64,000 nucleotides of DNA, from contig JBMFSQ010000008.1 of assembly GCA_049967475.1 (NCBI GenBank), forward strand, positions 64,001 to 128,000, in the 5' to 3' direction. The notes under the pieces were generated by a model. It made no database searches, had not been told where the DNA came from, and was given only the letters and a program-made list of their open reading frames with translations. This DNA comes from Chthonomonadales bacterium (GTDB taxonomy: Bacteria > Armatimonadota > Chthonomonadetes > Chthonomonadales > CAJBBX01). Shown piece by piece: positions 1 to 9,301 of this stretch; positions within the stretch are counted from its first letter, which is position 1, and each line of letters starts with the position of its first letter. The position numbers and the translations under genes were made by a program.

Positions 1-363
1 GAGTACGCTTCCATGCTGGTTGCGGCAGGATTGGCTACCTGCCTGTGGTTCGGCGGCTGGTACGCTCCCTTCCGGTGGGTGGTATGGGATTGGGTGCCCG
101 GCTTCGTGTGGTTTGTGGGCAAGTTGATGGCGATCATCTTCGTTTATGTATGGCTTCGCGCGACGCTGCCCCGGCTTCGATACGACGCGTTGATGAAGCT
201 CGGCTGGAAGCGCATGCTCCCTGCAGCCCTCGTGGTGCTGTTCTTGGTGGCAGCGATTGACACCGTTCAGACGCCGCTAGGCATCCAGCGCCAGCAGCCC
301 ATTGCAGAGGTTCACAGGCCCGTCCACATGCCCATGCTGGCTGCGCCACAGGGGGTGAGGTAA
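1..363 (+). CDS. nuoH: NADH-quinone oxidoreductase subunit H, C-terminal part (5' truncated by window edge)
   Basis: WLRATLPRLRYDALMKLGWK motif typical of the NuoH/ND1 C-terminus; upstream of nuoJ. Confidence 0.93.
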   Translation, partial: EYASMLVAAGLATCLWFGGWYAPFRWVVWDWVPGFVWFVGKLMAIIFVYVWLRATLPRLRYDALMKLGWKRMLPAALVVLFLVAAIDTVQTPLGIQRQQPIAEVHRPVHMPMLAAPQGVR

Positions 364-365
364 CG

Positions 366-887
366 ATGTCCGGCCAGATTGCACTCTTTTGGCTGTTGGC
401 GCTGGTGTCGGTTGTGTCCGCGGTATTGGTGGTGCTTCATCGAAACCCGGTGCGCAGCGCATTGTTCCTCGTGGTGAATTTCTTTGTCCTTGCCGTTTTG
501 TACCTAACACTCTCCGCGCAGTTTATCGCGGCTGTGCAGGTGATCGTGTACGCCGGCGCCATCATGGTCCTGTTCCTGTTTACGATCATGCTCCTCAACC
601 TAGGAGCGCCAGGGGCTCCCGTCGGTAAGCGTTCCATCCAGAAGCCTACGGCTGTGGTGCTGGCTTTGGCCTTCGTTACGATCCTTACAGGTACGGGTAT
701 GGTGAGCGCCGGCATGGCGGCATCCCATGCCACACGGGCCACTCTGGAAACGGGCGGCACGGTTCAAGCCGTGGGATTGGCCCTGTTCGACGCCAATCAA
801 CCCTGGCTCTTTCCGTTCGAAGTGACCTCGCTCCTTTTGTTGGTAGGGGTCGTGGGCGCGATCGTAATGGCGAAGCGGAGGCTCTAG
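366..887 (+). CDS. nuoJ: NADH-quinone oxidoreductase subunit J
   Basis: NPVRSALFL and QVIVYAGAIMVLFLF motifs; FPFEVTSLLLLVGVVGA. Confidence 0.95.
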   Translation: MSGQIALFWLLALVSVVSAVLVVLHRNPVRSALFLVVNFFVLAVLYLTLSAQFIAAVQVIVYAGAIMVLFLFTIMLLNLGAPGAPVGKRSIQKPTAVVLALAFVTILTGTGMVSAGMAASHATRATLETGGTVQAVGLALFDANQPWLFPFEVTSLLLLVGVVGAIVMAKRRL

Positions 888-889
888 AA

Positions 890-1201
890 TTGGTCTTGCC
901 AGTACCTACCGACTATTACGTGATCTTGGGGGCCGTCCTGTTCACGATCGGGGTAACGGGTGTGCTCGTAAAGCGCAATCCAATCGTGATCTTCATGTGC
1001 ATCGAGCTCATGCTCAATGCCGTGAACCTTACATTCATCGCGCTCGGGCGCCATTTCGGCCATGCCAACGGGCAGATGTACGTGGTTTTTGTGATGGCGG
1101 TCGCAGCAGCGGAGGTGTCCATCGGACTGGGCATCATCGTGGCGATCTTCCGCACCAAGGAAACCATAGACATTGATGAAGTGAACCTGCTGAAGTTCTA
1201 A
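890..1201 (+). CDS. nuoK: NADH-quinone oxidoreductase subunit K
   Basis: MCIELMLNAVNL and AVAAAEVSIGL motifs; about 100 aa; TTG start after GGAGG. Confidence 0.95.
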   Translation: MVLPVPTDYYVILGAVLFTIGVTGVLVKRNPIVIFMCIELMLNAVNLTFIALGRHFGHANGQMYVVFVMAVAAAEVSIGLGIIVAIFRTKETIDIDEVNLLKF

Positions 1202-1238
1202 TTGCGATTATGGTGCGGGACCTAGCCTGCGCATCGGA

Positions 1239-3266
1239 GTGGGGAAGGTGAGCAACAGTCTGGCCAGTGAGAACCTTGTTTGGCTGATCCCAGGGCTTCC
1301 GCTGATGGGCTTTCTATTCCACGCCTTCTTGGGGGGATGGCTTATCGCGCGGTTGGGAGCGAAGACGGGCAGGCGGCTCGTGGGCTCCCTCGCCACGCTT
1401 CTGGTGCTTGCATCCTTCGCCCTGAGCCTGCGTGTCATGATGGACCTCCGCGCTTTGGGCGAGGCGCCCCGCGTGATCGTGAGCCTCGTGCCGGGGCATT
1501 CCTGGGTACCCTGGATTTCCATCGGCGGATTGCAGGTGGGGTACCAAGCTCTCGTAGACCCCCTCTCGATCCTCATGTGCCTCATCGTTACGGGGGTAGG
1601 CGGGCTGATCCATCTTTACGCAACCGGGTATATGGCCGAGGACAAAGATTACGCCCGCTTCTTCACGTATTTCAATCTCTTCATCTTCTTCATGCTCGTA
1701 TTGGTTCTCAGTGAGTCCATCCTGCTCATGTTCGTAGGGTGGGAGGGCGTTGGGCTCTGCTCCTACTTGCTGATTGCCTTCTGGTACGAGGACGTGGAGA
1801 ACTCCAAGGCCGGCAACAAAGCCTTCATTGTGAACCGCATCGGGGACGTAGGTTTCGCTTTGGGTGTGATGACCATCTTCGCCGTTTTCGGCACCCTTTC
1901 CTTTTATCGGCCGGACGGCAGCGGCTTCCTGGATTTGGCAACGAAGGGGATGGTGGCGCACGGGCCGCTCACAGTGTCCATGGCGACATTGATCGGGCTG
2001 CTCTTATTCATTGGGGCAACGGGCAAATCGGCCCAGTTCCCATTGTATGTTTGGCTTCCGGATGCAATGGCGGGCCCCACACCCGTGTCGGCTCTCATTC
2101 ATGCCGCCACCATGGTTACGGCCGGCGTCGTGATGCTTGCGAGGGTGAGCCCGCTCATCGTTCATTCCAGCGCCGCCATGACCGTGATTGCGTCCGTCGG
2201 TGTCTTTACCGCATTCTTTGCTGCGACGATTGGCCTCACTCAAAACGACATCAAGAAGGTGCTGGCGTACTCCACCGTGAGCCAGCTTGGATACATGTTT
2301 CTGGGGTGCGGCGTAGGAGCTTTCAGCGCGGGGATGTTCCACGTGACCACGCACGCCTTTTTCAAAGCGCTCCTCTTCTTGGGAGCGGGTTCCGTAATCC
2401 ATGCCCTCGGCGGCGAGCAAGATCTCCGCAAGATGGGAGGATTGCGCACCAAGCTTCCTGTTACCTTCGCTACCATGGCGGTCGCGTGGCTGGCGATATC
2501 CGGCATCCCGCCCTTGGCCGGCTTTTGGAGCAAGGACGAAATCCTGGCTAGGGCGATGGCCTTCCCAGGCATCGGCATGGCGCTGTATTCGGTCGGTCTG
2601 GTCACGGCCATCCTTACAGCTTTCTACATGACCCGGCTGATGATGAAGGCGTTCTTCACGAAACCCCGTTTCGACGAGCATTCCGGCGGGCACGGGCACG
2701 CCTCGCTGCACGAAGCGCCCCCATCTATGCTGGTTCCCCTCGTCATTTTGGCGGTGCTGTCCTTCGTTGGAGGGTGGATCGGCACGCCGTGGGGGAACCG
2801 GTTCGAGGAGTTTCTGAAGCCTGCTGTGGCAGCGATGGAAGCGCGGGAAGCCATAACGCCGGTTGCGGGAATGATCCTAGGGACGCTGGCAGGGTTGTTG
2901 GGCATCACGGTGTGCTGGCGCCTTTATAGTGCTCGCGCAGACACCGGCGAGCTCCTTGCACCGGAACAGCGGCAGCGGAGCCTACTCTACCGTGGCTCAC
3001 TGAACCTTTGGTATGTGGACGGTTTCTTTTACCGCGTGTTCGTGACGATGGGGGGTCGCGTCGCGACCCGAGTTTGGAAGTGGATTGATGCAGGACTTGT
3101 GGACGGTACCGTGCGGTTCGTGGCCTACTTCACGGGCTTCTTGAGTGAGGTGCTGCGCCGCATTCAAACGGGATACGTGCGCAATTATGCCCTTATGATG
3201 GTTCTGGGTACAATCGCAGTGCTTGTAGCAATCCTTTGGGGAGCGCACGGAGCGGCGACACGGTAG
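1239..3266 (+). CDS. nuoL: NADH-quinone oxidoreductase subunit L
   Basis: GWEGVGLCSYLLI, KSAQFPLYVWLPDAMAGPTPVSALIHAATMV, KKVLAYSTVSQLG. Confidence 0.96.
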   Translation: MGKVSNSLASENLVWLIPGLPLMGFLFHAFLGGWLIARLGAKTGRRLVGSLATLLVLASFALSLRVMMDLRALGEAPRVIVSLVPGHSWVPWISIGGLQVGYQALVDPLSILMCLIVTGVGGLIHLYATGYMAEDKDYARFFTYFNLFIFFMLVLVLSESILLMFVGWEGVGLCSYLLIAFWYEDVENSKAGNKAFIVNRIGDVGFALGVMTIFAVFGTLSFYRPDGSGFLDLATKGMVAHGPLTVSMATLIGLLLFIGATGKSAQFPLYVWLPDAMAGPTPVSALIHAATMVTAGVVMLARVSPLIVHSSAAMTVIASVGVFTAFFAATIGLTQNDIKKVLAYSTVSQLGYMFLGCGVGAFSAGMFHVTTHAFFKALLFLGAGSVIHALGGEQDLRKMGGLRTKLPVTFATMAVAWLAISGIPPLAGFWSKDEILARAMAFPGIGMALYSVGLVTAILTAFYMTRLMMKAFFTKPRFDEHSGGHGHASLHEAPPSMLVPLVILAVLSFVGGWIGTPWGNRFEEFLKPAVAAMEAREAITPVAGMILGTLAGLLGITVCWRLYSARADTGELLAPEQRQRSLLYRGSLNLWYVDGFFYRVFVTMGGRVATRVWKWIDAGLVDGTVRFVAYFTGFLSEVLRRIQTGYVRNYALMMVLGTIAVLVAILWGAHGAATR

Positions 3267-3314
3267 GAGAATGCCGGCGTTGCGCGGAGGCAATGCCAAC
3301 CAGTTGAGGGACCG

Positions 3315-4952
3315 ATGCAACAGCTTCTCAGCAATAATCTGCTTAGCTTTGTGATCTTCCTGCCCTTGGTGGGAGCCATCCTCTTGATGCTCTTCCCGCA
3401 CGTTCCGGACGAGGCGGCGGGCACGGCCCACGGTACGAGCGGGGAGGCGCCCGCACAGGGGCGGGGAGGCGGCATCGCAGTGCGATGGTTTGCCCTTCTG
3501 GTGTCTCTTGCGGACTTTGGGGCTTCTCTGGGGCTCATGAGAGGCTTCCATCCCGGGCATGGCGACTTTCAGTACGTGGAGGGCCCATTCCCGTGGATCC
3601 AACAATACGGCGTCCATTACCATGTGGGCCTGGACGGCATCGGACTTCTGTTTGTCCTTCTGACAACGTTCACCACCGTTCTGGCAGTACTTTACTCGTT
3701 CGTGGTGAAGACGCGCATTAAGGAGTTCATGGTCTTTCTGCTGATCTTGGAGGCAGCCCTCAACGGCGTCTTTAGCGCTCTGGATCTTGTGCTCTTCTAC
3801 GTGTTTTGGGAAGCTGTGCTCATACCCATGTATTTTCTCATTGGGGTATGGGGCCATGACAACCGAGTATACGCAGCGGTGAAGTTTTTCATCTACACAT
3901 TCGTGGGCAGCATCCTGATGCTGGTGGCGATTGTGTATCTGTACGCGCACACCGGTACGTTCAGCCTCCTGGAATTGACGACGCCCGGCACCAGTGCCCA
4001 CACACAGCTCGCTGCGATGAGCCCTCGTACGCTCATGTGGCTGTACGCGGCGTTCGCATTGGCCTTCATGATCAAGGTGCCGATGTTCCCCTTCCACACC
4101 TGGCTTCCCGATGCGCATGTGGAGGCCCCCACAGCCGGCTCCGTAATCCTGGCGGGTGTCCTCTTGAAAATGGGCGTCTACGGCTTCCTCAGGTTTTGCA
4201 TCCCGCTCTTCCCCGCCCAGGCTTTGCAGAGCGCTCCTTTGTTTCTCACCCTGGCTGTTGTGGGCATCATATATGGGGCTGTCGTTGCGGCCGTCCAACC
4301 CGATATGAAGAAAGTGGTAGCGTACTCCAGCGTAAGCCACCTTGGGTTCGTAATGCTTGGGGTGTTCTCGTTTACCACCCTGGGACTTACGGGGGCAATG
4401 CTTCAGAGCCTGAACCACGGTGTGTCTACGGGCATGCTGTTCTTTTTGGTGGGGATGCTGTACGACAGGCGGCACACGCGTGAGATCGCCGCCTTCGGCG
4501 GTATCAAGAGATCGGTGCCGGTTCTATCGGCCTTCTTCTTGCTGGCGATGCTCTCTTCCATCGCCTTGCCCCTTACAAACGGCTTCGTGGGAGAGTTCAC
4601 CATCCTGCAAGGGAGTTATCTGCGCCACGGGTTCGCCTATACTGCCTGGGCGGCTACAGGCATGGTGCTCTCCGCCGTCTATATGCTCTGGCTCTTCCAG
4701 AGGGTCTTCACCGGCCCGCTGCTCGTAGAAGAGAACCGCTCGATGCCCGATTTAGGCATTCGGGAACGCGCCGTTCTTGCACCGTTAGTGGTGATGATCT
4801 TTTGGTTCGGGATGTACGTAACATCGTGGACCGGATACCTTGACCGGCCGGTGGGCGCGCTGCTGGGCTACGTAGGAGCGAACTCTTCAATAGCTCGCAG
4901 CGCAGTAAGGATGCCCGTGGCAATGGGGAGCCTGAAAGGATGGAACCGATGA
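3315..4952 (+). CDS. nuoM: NADH-quinone oxidoreductase subunit M
   Basis: KVPMFPFHTWLPDAHVEAPTAGSVILAGVLLKMG, AYSSVSHLG. Confidence 0.96.
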   Translation: MQQLLSNNLLSFVIFLPLVGAILLMLFPHVPDEAAGTAHGTSGEAPAQGRGGGIAVRWFALLVSLADFGASLGLMRGFHPGHGDFQYVEGPFPWIQQYGVHYHVGLDGIGLLFVLLTTFTTVLAVLYSFVVKTRIKEFMVFLLILEAALNGVFSALDLVLFYVFWEAVLIPMYFLIGVWGHDNRVYAAVKFFIYTFVGSILMLVAIVYLYAHTGTFSLLELTTPGTSAHTQLAAMSPRTLMWLYAAFALAFMIKVPMFPFHTWLPDAHVEAPTAGSVILAGVLLKMGVYGFLRFCIPLFPAQALQSAPLFLTLAVVGIIYGAVVAAVQPDMKKVVAYSSVSHLGFVMLGVFSFTTLGLTGAMLQSLNHGVSTGMLFFLVGMLYDRRHTREIAAFGGIKRSVPVLSAFFLLAMLSSIALPLTNGFVGEFTILQGSYLRHGFAYTAWAATGMVLSAVYMLWLFQRVFTGPLLVEENRSMPDLGIRERAVLAPLVVMIFWFGMYVTSWTGYLDRPVGALLGYVGANSSIARSAVRMPVAMGSLKGWNR

Positions 4953-5884
4953 CTTCAAAAGAGCGCGTTCTGGCTGCATGTGCTGGGGGATCTGTAGACC
5001 GGGTACCCTACAGTCTGTGGTATCACTTCCGGCTGGATCCGCCGGCTGGTGAGAACATGGCCCAGGCCGAGCTGCAATTCTATCGCCTGTACACGCCGGA
5101 CCTGTTCAAGGTGATGCACGATATCCCCTACGAAATGCCCGAGGGCATGCCCGTAGTTAAGTCTGCTGAAGACTGGCGGGCATTGCCGGTGCTGGACGGC
5201 GTGTCTGGGAACTTCGGAGCACAATTGGGAACCGTGCAGCGCATCATCCAGGAATGTAACGGCGACGTTCCGGTGATAGACACGGTGTTCAGCATCTTTT
5301 CCACGGCGCAGAAGGTGTGCGGAAACCGCACGTTAGAGTTCCTCAAGACCGATCCTGATGCGCTTCATGCCGGCCTTCGGGCGTTGGCTGCATCCCTTGC
5401 CAACTATTCTTCGGCTCTCGTGAGCCATGGGGCCGACGGTATCTACTTGGCAATCTCGGGGGCGGCTCGTGACACGATGGACGAGGCTACGTACCGCCAG
5501 CACTTTGCGCGGTACGATCAGCAGATTTTGGACGCAGCATCCGGCGGGAGGGTCAACGTAGCACACCATCACGGCGTGGGCATCTATCCCGAGATCGTCC
5601 TGGAAATGAAGGGCTTCCGGATCTATAGCTGGTCCAACCGTTTACCTGGGAACCCTTCCATTCGTGAGATGCGCGTACGTACCAAGACGTGCCTCATGAC
5701 CGGCATAGATGAGACGAAATTTGCGGCCATGACGCCGGAAGAGATTGTGGCTCAGGGGCGCGACGCGGTGGCGGAGGCCGGAGGCAAGGGGTTCATTTTG
5801 GCGCCGGGGTGCGCAGTGCCGACACCTCCCGAGACGTCCCAAGAGCAACTCGCGGCGTTTCAAAGGGCAGTGTCGGCAGGGTGA
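4949..5884 (+). CDS. Uroporphyrinogen decarboxylase (UROD/MtaA)-fold protein of unknown substrate
   Basis: N-terminal MTSKERVLAACAG..VDRVP and C-terminal GFILAPGCAVP typical of the URO-D superfamily; lacks the HemE MRQAGR motif; ATG overlaps the nuoM stop (ATGA 4949-4952). Confidence 0.75.
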   Translation: MTSKERVLAACAGGSVDRVPYSLWYHFRLDPPAGENMAQAELQFYRLYTPDLFKVMHDIPYEMPEGMPVVKSAEDWRALPVLDGVSGNFGAQLGTVQRIIQECNGDVPVIDTVFSIFSTAQKVCGNRTLEFLKTDPDALHAGLRALAASLANYSSALVSHGADGIYLAISGAARDTMDEATYRQHFARYDQQILDAASGGRVNVAHHHGVGIYPEIVLEMKGFRIYSWSNRLPGNPSIREMRVRTKTCLMTGIDETKFAAMTPEEIVAQGRDAVAEAGGKGFILAPGCAVPTPPETSQEQLAAFQRAVSAG

Positions 5885-5918
5885 CGCGTGGTTTCGATAC
5901 GGAGGCGGCAGAGGGGTA

Positions 5919-7400
5919 ATGCTAACATCGGCTCATATGGCTGCAGATATGGCAGCAATCAAGCCTGCACTCATCCTGTGCACAGCGGGCTGTGTGGTGC
6001 TTCTGGGAGATGCGTTCGTGTGGCGCAGACAAAAGACGGTCAGCGCATTGGTAGCGCTGGCAGGCGCTTTCTGGGCTCTTGCAGTACTGGCCCATCGCAT
6101 CCCCTTTTCTGAAGGAGGCACCGCATTTTCCGGGGCCCTCGCGAAGGACAGTTTGGCAGGCGCAGGTGCTGTTGCGCTTTGCGTTACCGCTCTGTTGGCC
6201 GTGTTGCTGGCCTGGACGTACCTGCCGAACAGGAGCCTCAATTACGGCGAGTACTATGCACTGCTCCTCTTCTCCGTGTGCGGAGGCATTCTCATGGCTT
6301 CCGCTCAGGATCTCATCGTGCTGTTTTTGGGCCTGGAGGTTTTGTCGTTCACACTTTATGTGCTCGCAGGCTTCGAGCGGACTTCGGAGCGGAGCGATGA
6401 GGCGGCCCTCAAGTACTTTCTACTAGGCGCCTTTGCATCAGCCTTTTTCCTCTACGGCGTGGCTCTGCTCTACGGTGCCACAGGGTCTACGAACCTTGCG
6501 GTAATCGGGGCAGCCGCCGCAACAGGAACGCGAAGCCCGATGATCCTTGGGGGCATCGGCCTCATCCTCGTGGGAATGGGCTTCAAAGCCGGCGTTGTGC
6601 CGTTCCATCAGTGGACCCCTGATGTGTATGAGGGAGCCCCTACATCCGCCACCGCCTACATGGCGGCAGGCGCCAAGATCGGTGCATTCACAGCCTTGGT
6701 GCGCATCATGGCGGCTTTGGTGCCGTTGTGGAGTGCATGGTTGCCGCCCGTTCAGATCCTGGCAATCCTCACGATGGTCTTCGGCAATTTGCTGGCGATG
6801 CAGCAGCGGAACGTGAAGCGCTTGCTTGCCTACTCCAGCGTTGCCCACGCCGGATACCTTTTGGTGGCAGTCGCTGCGATGGCCCACAAGGGGCAATCTG
6901 TGGCCGGCGTTACGGCGTTCGACATGGCGACCAGCGGTATCGTTTTCTACCTCTTTGCCTATCTCTTCATGACGCTCGGAGCGTTCGGGGTCCTGATTTA
7001 TCTGAGCGCCCGCGACCTGGATTGCCAAACGCTGGAGGACCTTCGCGGGCTGGTGCGGCGAGAGCCCCTCGCTGCCTACGCCATGCTCTTCTTCATGCTG
7101 TCGCTTGGAGGGATCCCTCCTACCATGGGCTTCTTCGGCAAGTGGATGATCTTTCTGGCTGCCCTGAAGGCCGGTGAGCTGGGGCTGGCAATCGTTCTGG
7201 CACTGGCTAGCGCCCTCGCCGTGTACTACTACCTCAAGGTGGTGTGGGTCATCGCCTTCGAGGAACCCAAACGTGCCGCGCCGAGCCCGGGAGCGGCCAG
7301 GCTTGGTGCGGTAGCCACGTTAATTGTGTCTGCAGCCGCAACCGTGATCTTCGGCCTCTTCCCGTTCATCCTGACGCCCATTACGGACGTACTTCGCTAG
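5919..7400 (+). CDS. nuoN: NADH-quinone oxidoreductase subunit N
   Basis: EAALKYFLLGAFAS, FKAGVVPFHQWTPDVYEGAPT, KRLLAYSSVAHAGY; start moved to ATG 5919 after a G/A-rich RBS. Confidence 0.95.
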   Translation: MLTSAHMAADMAAIKPALILCTAGCVVLLGDAFVWRRQKTVSALVALAGAFWALAVLAHRIPFSEGGTAFSGALAKDSLAGAGAVALCVTALLAVLLAWTYLPNRSLNYGEYYALLLFSVCGGILMASAQDLIVLFLGLEVLSFTLYVLAGFERTSERSDEAALKYFLLGAFASAFFLYGVALLYGATGSTNLAVIGAAAATGTRSPMILGGIGLILVGMGFKAGVVPFHQWTPDVYEGAPTSATAYMAAGAKIGAFTALVRIMAALVPLWSAWLPPVQILAILTMVFGNLLAMQQRNVKRLLAYSSVAHAGYLLVAVAAMAHKGQSVAGVTAFDMATSGIVFYLFAYLFMTLGAFGVLIYLSARDLDCQTLEDLRGLVRREPLAAYAMLFFMLSLGGIPPTMGFFGKWMIFLAALKAGELGLAIVLALASALAVYYYLKVVWVIAFEEPKRAAPSPGAARLGAVATLIVSAAATVIFGLFPFILTPITDVLR

Positions 7401-7409
7401 CGGGGCGAG

Positions 7410-8864
7410 TCAGTACTTGGGCAGAGAGGGATCCACTTCGTCTGCCCATGCCAGGATGCCGCCCTTCAGGTTCTTCAATCGGCTGAACCCGCGCGATTGC
7501 AGCAAGCGCAGAGCCTTGAGAGACCGTACTCCAGAACGGCAATGGAGAACGATCTCGGCGCCGGGATCCAGCTCGGAGCAGCGCTCGGGCAAATCTGCCA
7601 GCGGAATGAGGCGCGCGCAGGGTATCCGGGCGATCTCTGCCTCGTAGGGCTCCCGCACGTCCACCACCACGATGGGGTCGCCCCGATCCAGCCGTTCCTT
7701 AAGTTCCGTGCAGGAGATTTCGAGCACGTCGTCTTGCGCCTTCGCGTCTGGGGTGGGTCTGTTCATCCCACAGAAGGCTTCATAATCAATGAGTTCCCGG
7801 ATCGTCGGTTGATCTCCGCAGATCGGGCACCCGGGATCGCGCTTCAGTTTGAGCTCGCGCCACTGCATCTTCAGCGTGTTGACCATAAGGAGGCGGCCGA
7901 TGAGGGGCTCTCCGATGCCGAGGATGAGCTTGATGGTCTCAGTAGCCTGGATCACGCCCACAAGGCCGGGCAGGATGCCCAAAACGCCTCCCTCGGCACA
8001 CGACGGAACCAGACCTGGCGGCGGAGGCTCGGGATAGAGGCAGCGATAGCATGGGCCGCGCTGTGTCCAAAACACAGATGCCTGGCCCTCAAACCTGAAG
8101 ATGGCTCCGTAGACGTTGGGCTTACCCAGCAGGACGCAGGCGTCGTTGACGAGGTAGCGGGTGGGGAAGTTGTCGGTTCCGTCAACCACTACATCGAATT
8201 CGCGCACGATCTCCAACGCGTTGTGCGAGGTTAGGGCTGTGGGGAACTCCTCGATGCGCACATTGGGGTTGAGGGCGCTGAGGGTCTCACGAGCAGACTG
8301 CAGCTTGGGTTTGCCGATATCGAGGGTGGAATGGATGATCTGGCGGTGCAGATTTGAGGCGTCTACCACATCGAAATCCACGATGCCCAACGTTCCCACG
8401 CCCGCTGCCGCCAGATACATAGCCAGGGGGGATCCCAAACCCCCGGCGCCTACGCACAGGACCCGGGCTCCTTTGAGCTTTTTTTGGCCCTCGAGAGCTA
8501 CCTCGGGCAGGATGAGATGGCGGCTGTACCGCAGCAGCTCTTCGGCACTAAGGTGCTCCGATGCCTTTGCTGTCGGATCGAGGGTGCCGGTGCCGCCGGC
8601 GATGGAGGGCACGATCATCATTTCGTCGCCGGGGCTCAGCGCCGTGTTCAACCCATCCAGGTGCCGAATGTCGCGGTCGCCGACGTAAATGTTCACGAAG
8701 CTACGCAGGCGGCCGTCATCCGTGAAAAGGTGCGGTTTGATGGCCGGGTAGAGTTCCGTAAGGGCGGCGAGCGCTTCCGCCACCGTCGCCGCTTCCACTG
8801 CGATTTCATCTCGACCCTGGGTGTATGCCTGTAGGGCCGATGGGACTAGGATGCTTGCGGACAT
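7410..8864 (-). CDS. Fusion of a MoaD/ThiS/CysO-like ubiquitin-fold sulfur carrier (aa 1-91, ending SIAGG), a MoeB/ThiF E1-like adenylyltransferase and a rhodanese (MoeZ-like)
   Basis: Beta-grasp segment FVNIYVG...IVPSIAGG; RYSRHLILPE, GAGGLG, CYRC/CPIC zinc motifs, SCAEGG; rhodanese HCRSGVRS. Confidence 0.9.
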   Translation of the reverse strand: MSASILVPSALQAYTQGRDEIAVEAATVAEALAALTELYPAIKPHLFTDDGRLRSFVNIYVGDRDIRHLDGLNTALSPGDEMMIVPSIAGGTGTLDPTAKASEHLSAEELLRYSRHLILPEVALEGQKKLKGARVLCVGAGGLGSPLAMYLAAAGVGTLGIVDFDVVDASNLHRQIIHSTLDIGKPKLQSARETLSALNPNVRIEEFPTALTSHNALEIVREFDVVVDGTDNFPTRYLVNDACVLLGKPNVYGAIFRFEGQASVFWTQRGPCYRCLYPEPPPPGLVPSCAEGGVLGILPGLVGVIQATETIKLILGIGEPLIGRLLMVNTLKMQWRELKLKRDPGCPICGDQPTIRELIDYEAFCGMNRPTPDAKAQDDVLEISCTELKERLDRGDPIVVVDVREPYEAEIARIPCARLIPLADLPERCSELDPGAEIVLHCRSGVRSLKALRLLQSRGFSRLKNLKGGILAWADEVDPSLPKY

Positions 8865-9301
8865 GCTTCATCTCCGGATGCGGATAGGGTGAGAGGTTCT
8901 TCAAGGAACCTGGTGCGGTCGTCTGACAGCGTCCAACATGTAACGCGTTCTGCTTCGCCCTTGAACACAGACACGATCATATAGCTGTACCATGGCCATG
9001 CCCACTCCAAATCATAAACGCTTGGTTGAGCCGGATGGTCCGGATGGGAATGGTAAATGCCCAAGATCGCCATATGGGCTTGCCTGGCCTCTCGCTCCAC
9101 CTGCAGCATCTGCTGGGGCGCGATGAGATAGCGGTGCGTTTGGTCCTCGGCATGCTCATTGGGGATTGTGCGGATGCGGGTAATCGTCTTGACCCCGTCG
9201 CTGTGGCTTCCTAATAGGAGGCCGCAACATTCGTGCGGATAGACCTCCTGGGCGTGGCGCAGTATGGCGCGATGACAACTCCTAGATATTTGGACCCGCA
9301 T
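8846..9301 (-). CDS. JAMM/MPN+ (M67, Mec-like) metallopeptidase
   Basis: YPHECCG and YHSHPDHPAQPSVYD match E...HxHx7SxxD. Confidence 0.92.
   Translation of the reverse strand: MRVQISRSCHRAILRHAQEVYPHECCGLLLGSHSDGVKTITRIRTIPNEHAEDQTHRYLIAPQQMLQVEREARQAHMAILGIYHSHPDHPAQPSVYDLEWAWPWYSYMIVSVFKGEAERVTCWTLSDDRTRFLEEPLTLSASGDEACPQAS

Noticed and set aside
2997..4475. 492-aa minus-strand ORF
   Set aside because: Antisense to nuoL and nuoM; no family motifs.
5745..5918. N-terminal extension of NuoN
   Set aside because: Overlaps the UROD-fold gene; RBS and hydrophobic start fit ATG 5919.
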